A stretch of 64,000 nucleotides of DNA, from the NCBI GenBank assembly GCA_038861545.1, contig JAWCCZ010000003.1, positions 32,001 through 96,000 of the forward strand, read 5' to 3'. The notes under the pieces are model-generated. The model ran no database searches, had not been told where the DNA came from, and was given only the letters and a program-made list of their open reading frames with translations. This document shows, piece by piece, positions 58,108 to 64,000 of this stretch; within the stretch, counting starts at the first letter, position 1, and the number at the start of each line of letters is the position of its first letter. The DNA comes from Thermofilaceae archaeon (GTDB lineage: Archaea > Thermoproteota > Thermoprotei > Thermofilales > Thermofilaceae). The position numbers were made by a program, and so were the translations under genes.

Positions 58108-59832
58108 CTACTGGGTTAAGAACCTTACAGCGAATAAAGCTACTACCGCGTACACTAGCAGAAGTGTGGATGTAAAGAGAGCGGCAGGTATGGCTAAGGC
58201 TTCGGCCATATTAACTACTAAAACTGTCAGCATTTCATCTCTACCCATTACCATCATAGTAGCACCAGTTTCCCCTAAAGATCCTAGAAATGCTAGAACT
58301 GAACCAGCCACTATACCTTTTTTCAACACCGGTAGCGTGATCGTTTCTAAGCCGTCATAAGGCGTAGCACCTAAGGTTCTAGCTACATCCTCTAAAACAT
58401 CTACGTCTACAGTTTCGTATGTGGCCATTAAAGTCTCAAAAACAACGGGGGTTGTAAAAGAAATATGAGTTAAAACTGTTAGCCAGATGCTAGGTTCCGC
58501 TAAGTTTAACCCAGCTCTACCGTATAAGAGGAGTGAGGAGAGTCCTTGAGCGCTCGTTGGAACTATAAGGGGTATGCGTATAATCCCCCTGGTAATTGAA
58601 GCTAACTTGGAACGTCTTACAGCTGCGAAAAGAAGTATCGAAACATAAACTGCAGTTAACGTAGCAAGTGAGGCTACGAGAAAAGAGTTAGCTGCGGCTC
58701 TGAGTATCCTAGTCCAATACCCCGAGGGGCCGAAAACCTGGTAAAGTACTCCTCCCTCAATTTTACCTGTATAGGGGTCTCGTTCCCAATATTCGATTAG
58801 AACCTTTACTATAGCAGCTATGGGGGCCAGAGTTAGCAAAGCTAAAATTATCGTCAAAACCGACTTAGTTGTATACGCTATGTATTTTCTAGTGGCAAGG
58901 TTGCTCTCCAACTTTAATAGTACTTTTTCTACTCTGCTTGGTTTAACCTCTCTTCTTATTGCAACCTTTTTCGATATTGATTCCGTGGGCAGAACTAATG
59001 CGAGTGTTGATGCTATGAGGAGACTAGCTAGTAAGCTAGCTAAACCGAGTTTCATAGCTCCTGCAAGCCTAACAATAGCAACACTTGCGGTAATGTTAAC
59101 ACCGGCCACTATAATTGTAGCACCAGTCTCGCCGAGTGAGCGAGTCAACACTAATACCGAGCTTGACAGAAGGCTTGGCAGAATGATGGGTAAGGTAATC
59201 CTCCTAAACGTGGTAAGCGCTGAAGCTCCCAATGAACGCGAGACTAGCTCGTAGGTTTCTCCCAAAGTCTCGATCGTGGCAGTAAGCGGTCGTATAATGT
59301 AAGGGAGTGTTAAAGCTATATGGGTTAGAAGAAGTAGAGTCGGTACTTGAAGAAATGATATAGTGGAATTCTGAGGTATAAGACCCTCGCTTAAACCTAA
59401 AAAGGAAGCCAACCCTGAAGGGTTGCTCCACGTCATTAAAATAGCGAAACCATATGCAGATGTTGGTACCACAAGAGGTAACACAGCTACATCCTCTAGA
59501 AAACGTCTAGCTAAAATCTTTTTCCTAGCTAGAAAATAGCTGAGCGGAAGCCCGATCAATAGATCTACAATTAAAGTTGTTATTGCTAGTCTAAGGGATA
59601 GCTCTACGGATCGAGTTATAAATCGCCAGTAGCCTGCTCCTACGATATACTGGTTAAACGTCTCCCCCCATACTTCTTGCAAATCTATCAATACATAAAA
59701 CACTATGTAGAGGGGAGGAGCTAGTACGAGTAGGCTAACAATCGTTATTATACTAATTACATATATTTTTTGGATATTTTTCCTTATCTCTCGGTGCAAG
59801 TTTTTCAATATAATGGTTTTTTCCCTATACAC
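58108..59832 (-). CDS. ABC transporter permease with two fused TM domains
   Basis: Two EAA-like loops (SRSLGA, ARTLGA) and two LGETGAT motifs. Confidence 0.9.
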   Translation of the reverse strand: MYREKTIILKNLHREIRKNIQKIYVISIITIVSLLVLAPPLYIVFYVLIDLQEVWGETFNQYIVGAGYWRFITRSVELSLRLAITTLIVDLLIGLPLSYFLARKKILARRFLEDVAVLPLVVPTSAYGFAILMTWSNPSGLASFLGLSEGLIPQNSTISFLQVPTLLLLTHIALTLPYIIRPLTATIETLGETYELVSRSLGASALTTFRRITLPIILPSLLSSSVLVLTRSLGETGATIIVAGVNITASVAIVRLAGAMKLGLASLLASLLIASTLALVLPTESISKKVAIRREVKPSRVEKVLLKLESNLATRKYIAYTTKSVLTIILALLTLAPIAAIVKVLIEYWERDPYTGKIEGGVLYQVFGPSGYWTRILRAAANSFLVASLATLTAVYVSILLFAAVRRSKLASITRGIIRIPLIVPTSAQGLSSLLLYGRAGLNLAEPSIWLTVLTHISFTTPVVFETLMATYETVDVDVLEDVARTLGATPYDGLETITLPVLKKGIVAGSVLAFLGSLGETGATMMVMGRDEMLTVLVVNMAEALAIPAALFTSTLLLVYAVVALFAVRFLTQ

Positions 59833-60940
59833 CCGGGTTCCTCACCTCGATCCACGCGTCTAGCACCGCCTCTAAGACTTCTCCCCTCGGAGGATTAAGT
59901 GCGGGGTAGGGTATTTTCTCTATTACGCCATTACCGGGGTTGAAGATACGGGCATTAATAGGTACTAGAGGGTTTACTGGACGGAATCCATACTCTTGAG
60001 CTTTTTCCTGCGGTTGAGATTGTAAAAGGAATATCAGGAATTCTCTGGCAGCCAGGCGTTTCCAGTCATCAACCCATGGTGCCTCGATTAGAACTAACGG
60101 GTGATCAGAGTACAGGGTTCCATAAGGGGTATAAACTGCACTTAAAGATACTTTCCATTTAGCTCTGGATTTAGCTGAGCTACTTATTACTATATTCTCG
60201 TAGGCCGCGAAAAACGTTATTGCCGATGGACCGTTTTCTGCAGCCCAATCGCCGAAGAAACCAGTGGACTTACCATAATATACAGCTTTTTGTTCAATGG
60301 TTTTAACGAATTCCAACACCATAGGATTACGAACATCTTCTATAGTTAACTGACTCGGAGTCTTATTTGCTGCTTCACAGAACTCTAGCAATAGAGCCAT
60401 TAAACCGCTATTTGATAGCATTGGATCCGTGTGACCATATTTAAAATCAACACCAAGCTTAGCAAGTGTGTAGAGGTCTCGAAAGGTGCTAACTTTATAC
60501 TCTTCTACTAAGTGACTCCAACCAGCTATCACAATCGGACTAAGTACTACTGGGTACCAGCTACTGACTATACTACCACCGTGTATATCTTTCCATTTAC
60601 TTTCCAAGTAAGGTATCCAGATACTTGAGGCCGGGCTCCAGACATCGGGTCTAACACTGCCGCTAAGTATCAGACTAACGCTTTCATGCGAACCAGTCAC
60701 GTAAGGAACCAAGTTTAAACGAATACCATATTTTTCATAGAAGTATTCTTCAAATAACGGTTTAATCGTATTTATCCAACATTCTTTTTCGCTTGTATAA
60801 AGGAAAACCAAATCTATGCTCTCAGGCCTAGTTATCGAGGAGGTTGTCGCTTGTGATCCATAAGTTCTAGCAAATAAACTAGCTAAACCGAGTCCCAGTA
60901 AAAGCCCAGTTATAAGTAACAAATAACCGCGTTTTACCAC
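59825..60940 (-). CDS. Membrane-anchored substrate-binding protein
   Basis: N-terminal TM; TSEK, PDVWSPAS, HTDP..SNSG, YGKSTG, YEN, GFRP. Confidence 0.82.
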   Translation of the reverse strand: MVKRGYLLLITGLLLGLGLASLFARTYGSQATTSSITRPESIDLVFLYTSEKECWINTIKPLFEEYFYEKYGIRLNLVPYVTGSHESVSLILSGSVRPDVWSPASSIWIPYLESKWKDIHGGSIVSSWYPVVLSPIVIAGWSHLVEEYKVSTFRDLYTLAKLGVDFKYGHTDPMLSNSGLMALLLEFCEAANKTPSQLTIEDVRNPMVLEFVKTIEQKAVYYGKSTGFFGDWAAENGPSAITFFAAYENIVISSSAKSRAKWKVSLSAVYTPYGTLYSDHPLVLIEAPWVDDWKRLAAREFLIFLLQSQPQEKAQEYGFRPVNPLVPINARIFNPGNGVIEKIPYPALNPPRGEVLEAVLDAWIEVRNPGV

Positions 60941-61602
60941 GAAAGTCTCACCACAACTTCCCTAACTATGTCGCACGAGTCTTCGCACGAGTCTGCAGCG
61001 TTTTCTAGCGCATTTAGAGCCTCATAAAGTAGAACAACTATAGATGCAGGTAAGCTGGGAGTTGAAGTGGAGAGGTATTCTCTATCTTCAGCATATATTG
61101 CATCGATTTCTTCTTCCAGTTTCTCAACTTCATCAGCGGTGTCTAAAGCCTTCAATGGAGTAGTGTGCAGGAGCCTTACAGCTTCAAATGTTTTTTCGGT
61201 AATTGACTCAAGCCTCAATCCCATACTCATGTATAATTTCCTGACATCTATCGGAATATCGAATCGTCCTAAAATTAATAGTATCCTAGCGGCTTCAAGC
61301 GACCAGTCGGCAATACGGTCAAGCCGGCCCATTAATCGCAACAGGAAGGTACGTTCAACTGCATCCATTTCCCCCCCACCAGCCAATAACCTGGCAGTCT
61401 GTCTCCTGATCACGTCAGCTGCTTTCTCGAAGCTTTTTACGCTATTGTATCCAGCTTCAAAGTTGTCTTTCTCTTTCATCCAAGCTTCTAAGAGTTTTCT
61501 AAGCTCTTTTACGCATCTGAGCACTTCGTCCATATGTTGTTCCAACAATCGCAAGGCCCTTTCCCTTCTCCGTAAACCGAACCATTCCGATACACTACTC
61601 AT
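60934..61602 (-). CDS. DUF47/PhoU-like protein
   Basis: EKAADVIRR, LDRIAD, EEEIDAIY, LENAADSCED. Confidence 0.85.
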   Translation of the reverse strand: MSSVSEWFGLRRRERALRLLEQHMDEVLRCVKELRKLLEAWMKEKDNFEAGYNSVKSFEKAADVIRRQTARLLAGGGEMDAVERTFLLRLMGRLDRIADWSLEAARILLILGRFDIPIDVRKLYMSMGLRLESITEKTFEAVRLLHTTPLKALDTADEVEKLEEEIDAIYAEDREYLSTSTPSLPASIVVLLYEALNALENAADSCEDSCDIVREVVVRLSW

Positions 61603-62665
61603 ACTTTATCGCCTCAGCAAGACCTTCAGCTGGCATTGGGAAAACTATAGCATCTTCGGGCTTAAACGAAAGTCTTACTGTAACACCTATATCAACCCTT
61701 TCTGGTGCCTTTACCACCAGGCGTCCACCATGCTTCATCTTAATCACATATTTGTAAAGCTTGCCGAGAAATTCACGTGTCTCAACGATGCCTGACAGTA
61801 TTCCTTCTCGGTCAAACCGCAATTTTTCGGGTCTAACCACTAATATAACATCTCCATGCTCGATTTCTCCAGCAGCTTTGACAATCGCCGAGTTTACTTC
61901 TAGAATTACACTGGATCCGTTCCGGCCAACTGCTTTGCATTCTATGAAGTTGTTTTCACCTCCAACGAACCTAGCTACAAAAAGAGTTTTAGGCTTGAGG
62001 TATAGTTCTAGAGGCGTTCCTACTTGTTCGATTCTTCCTTTTCTCATTACTGCTACTTTATCTGCTACGGCCATTGCCTCTTCTTGGTTATGTGTTACGT
62101 GAATTACTGTTAACCCTAAACTTTTAGCCAGACTCCTAACTTCATGTCTTAATGTTGCCGCCGTTTTCGGATCCATTGATCCGTAAGGTTCATCCATCAG
62201 CAGCAATCTAGCTCCCGAGGCTAGGGCCCTGGCTATAGCGACCTTTTGTTGTTCACCTAAACTGAGTTCACGCGGGAGGCTCTTAGCCCTCAGCTCCATG
62301 TTAAGGGCTGAGAGAGTTTCTCTTATTATTTTCTCGAGGTTACCTGGCTGTCTAAGAAAGGCAGCATAAGCAACATTCCCCCGAACGCTCATGTGTGGAA
62401 AAAGAGCGATTTCTTGGAAAATTAATCCCACTCCTCTTTCTTCCGGCGGAAGATCATTGACCTTCCTATTAAAGATGATGATATCACCGCTGTCAGGAGT
62501 CTCTAATCCAATGATACACTTTAGTAAAGTGCTTTTACCTGAACCGCTTGGCCCAATTATGGCTGCATATTCTCCTTTGTTTATAGTGAGGGAAACCTTA
62601 TCAAGCGCTACTATATTTTGGAATTTCTTACTTATGTTAACAGCTTTTACAGCAATTTCACTCAA
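61595..62665 (-). CDS. ABC transporter ATPase with TOBE domain
   Basis: GPSGSGKS, LSLGEQQ, MDEP, VTHNQEEA; TTG 62665 with GGTGA SD preferred to 62746. Confidence 0.93.
   Translation of the reverse strand: MSEIAVKAVNISKKFQNIVALDKVSLTINKGEYAAIIGPSGSGKSTLLKCIIGLETPDSGDIIIFNRKVNDLPPEERGVGLIFQEIALFPHMSVRGNVAYAAFLRQPGNLEKIIRETLSALNMELRAKSLPRELSLGEQQKVAIARALASGARLLLMDEPYGSMDPKTAATLRHEVRSLAKSLGLTVIHVTHNQEEAMAVADKVAVMRKGRIEQVGTPLELYLKPKTLFVARFVGGENNFIECKAVGRNGSSVILEVNSAIVKAAGEIEHGDVILVVRPEKLRFDREGILSGIVETREFLGKLYKYVIKMKHGGRLVVKAPERVDIGVTVRLSFKPEDAIVFPMPAEGLAEAIKYE
62012..62143. repeat. Exact 132-bp direct repeat, copy 1
   Basis: Identical by eye to 63075-63206. Confidence 0.92.
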
Positions 62666-63743
62666 TTGTATCACCCAACTCCGAGGGAATATACTCGAAT
62701 ACAGGAATATAGTTAGGTAGAACCAATCCAACTTCATCGTGGACATGCAAATCTAAGCGCGGTTCTGAATCCACAATAAGGGTAGTATCATTTATCTCGA
62801 CCCATACTCTAAGTATTGAACCCATATATGATATTTCCTTAATTCTCCCTTTAACGTCGCCTTCTCGGCTTATTTTGATAGCCTCAGGTCTTATAGCTAC
62901 GAGGATCCTGGTACCAGGACTCAAATCTTTATGAAAGACCTTTACGTGCCCTATTCCCTCTACTTCAGCTATACCTGAATTCTCTTCTGCATTAATAAGA
63001 AGACCAGGAAGTAAGTTTGCATTTGAAACGAATCTCGCCACATAGGGGTTTACAGGATTAAAGTATACTTCTTCAGGCGTTCCTACTTGTTCGATTCTTC
63101 CTTTTCTCATTACTGCTACTTTATCTGCTACGGCCATTGCCTCTTCTTGGTTATGTGTTACGTGAATTACTGTTAACCCTAAACTTTTAGCCAGACTCCT
63201 AACTTCTCCTCTAACCTCTAAAGTTAACACGGCATCAAGAGCGGAAAGCGGTTCATCCAAAAGCAACAGTCTAGCTCCAGATGCTAAAGCTCTAGCTAAA
63301 GCTACTCTCTGTCTTTGGCCCCCTGATAGTTGATGGGGATAACTACCTGCCCTGCTCAGTAATCCCACAAGCTCTAATGCCTCCCTTACCCTGGGTTCTA
63401 TAACACTTCGAGGGTAACCCTTAATCCATAGGCCATAGGCTACATTATCCCACACAGTCATGTGAGGAAAAAGCGCGTATCCTGGAGGCATGTAACCAAC
63501 ATTTCGGTCTTCCGGTGAGCTTTCTACTACACTCTTGCCGTCAAACAATATATCACCGCTGTCAGGTTTTATAATACCAGCTAAGCATTTCAACAGCGTA
63601 CTTCTACCTGAGCCAATAGGGCCTAGTACAACAAAATACTCGTTACTTAGCACCTCAAAGGTCACCCCATTTAATGCTCCTATAAGTCCGTACTTTTTAT
63701 GAAGATCCCTTACTGTTACGCTAACTCCCATCACGACCTTCAA
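62658..63743 (-). CDS. ABC transporter ATPase with TOBE domain
   Basis: GPIGSGRS (Lys to Arg in Walker A), LSGGQRQ, LDEP, VTHNQEEA. Confidence 0.92.
   Translation of the reverse strand: MKVVMGVSVTVRDLHKKYGLIGALNGVTFEVLSNEYFVVLGPIGSGRSTLLKCLAGIIKPDSGDILFDGKSVVESSPEDRNVGYMPPGYALFPHMTVWDNVAYGLWIKGYPRSVIEPRVREALELVGLLSRAGSYPHQLSGGQRQRVALARALASGARLLLLDEPLSALDAVLTLEVRGEVRSLAKSLGLTVIHVTHNQEEAMAVADKVAVMRKGRIEQVGTPEEVYFNPVNPYVARFVSNANLLPGLLINAEENSGIAEVEGIGHVKVFHKDLSPGTRILVAIRPEAIKISREGDVKGRIKEISYMGSILRVWVEINDTTLIVDSEPRLDLHVHDEVGLVLPNYIPVFEYIPSELGDTIE
63075..63206. repeat. Exact 132-bp direct repeat, copy 2
   Basis: Identical by eye to 62012-62143. Confidence 0.92.
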
Positions 63744-63844
63744 GACAAAGGGTCTTCCCCCTTTTCAAATAAAATCATCTTTACATAATATATGTAGTTT
63801 ATAATAAATAATTACTTTTTCTGATAGTTAAAGGACGTACCTAG

Positions 63845-63947
63845 AGCCCCGGCCGGGGTTTGAACCCGGGTTCTCCGGCTCTCTTCGCCTCAGCTTGCAC
63901 TACGGGCTTACAAGGCCGGCGCTTTAACCAGGCTAAGCTACCGGGGC
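63845..63947 (-). tRNA. tRNA-Thr(TGT), 28-nt intron at 37/38 (63881-63908)
   Basis: GCCCCGG..CCGGGGCT; CCGGC CTTGTA|A GCCGG after splicing. Confidence 0.92.
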
Positions 63948-64000
63948 TGTGTGTTTATTCTTTCACTCAACTGGCTTTTAAGCGTTTCATGTATACATAC

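Noticed and set aside
61067-61795. 242-aa plus-strand ORF
   Set aside because: Ser-rich antisense shadow of DUF47 and the ATPase
62012-63206. 132-bp repeat as a DGR template/variable pair or CRISPR
   Set aside because: Copies are identical with no adenine-specific mismatches, there is no reverse transcriptase, and no repeat-spacer periodicity was seen anywhere in the window
57953-63947. tRNA-flanked ABC operon as a genomic island
   Set aside because: No tRNA 3'-end duplication, integrase or evident compositional shift

Overview
Gene-dense archaeal core-genome window with no CRISPR, rRNA, transposase or integrase. rpS26e, PolB3, a single-OB-fold SSB and five tRNAs that all carry BHB introns (several at non-canonical positions) point to Thermoproteota, most likely Thermofilaceae (inference). 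Most genes are housekeeping: translation, tRNA processing and modification, proteasome, SRP/Sec, lipids, ECF and ABC transport. Four real small genes were missed by the ORF track (rpl39e, Sec61beta, a 58-aa C4C4 RING-like protein, a 58-aa ribbon-helix-helix protein), and the window opens in the 3' end of a TGS-domain GTPase. Best candidates for undescribed biology: (1) a five-gene HydC-HydB-[NiFe] hydrogenase operon (22.2-27.9 kb) in which the HydA-like subunit and the [NiFe] small subunit have reciprocally swapped halves, with a degenerate H-cluster domain and a large subunit lacking the proton-transfer Glu; (2) an ArsR-type HTH fused to an ATP-cone-like region and a catalytically dead class III ribonucleotide reductase, a possible archaeal dNTP-sensing regulator; (3) two box C/D sRNAs predicted to guide wobble Cm34 of tRNA-Leu(CAA) and tRNA-Trp; (4) two TrmY paralogs with complementary motif loss; (5) an exact 132-bp repeat between tandem ABC ATPase genes. 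All family assignments come from motif recognition by eye; no searches were run.
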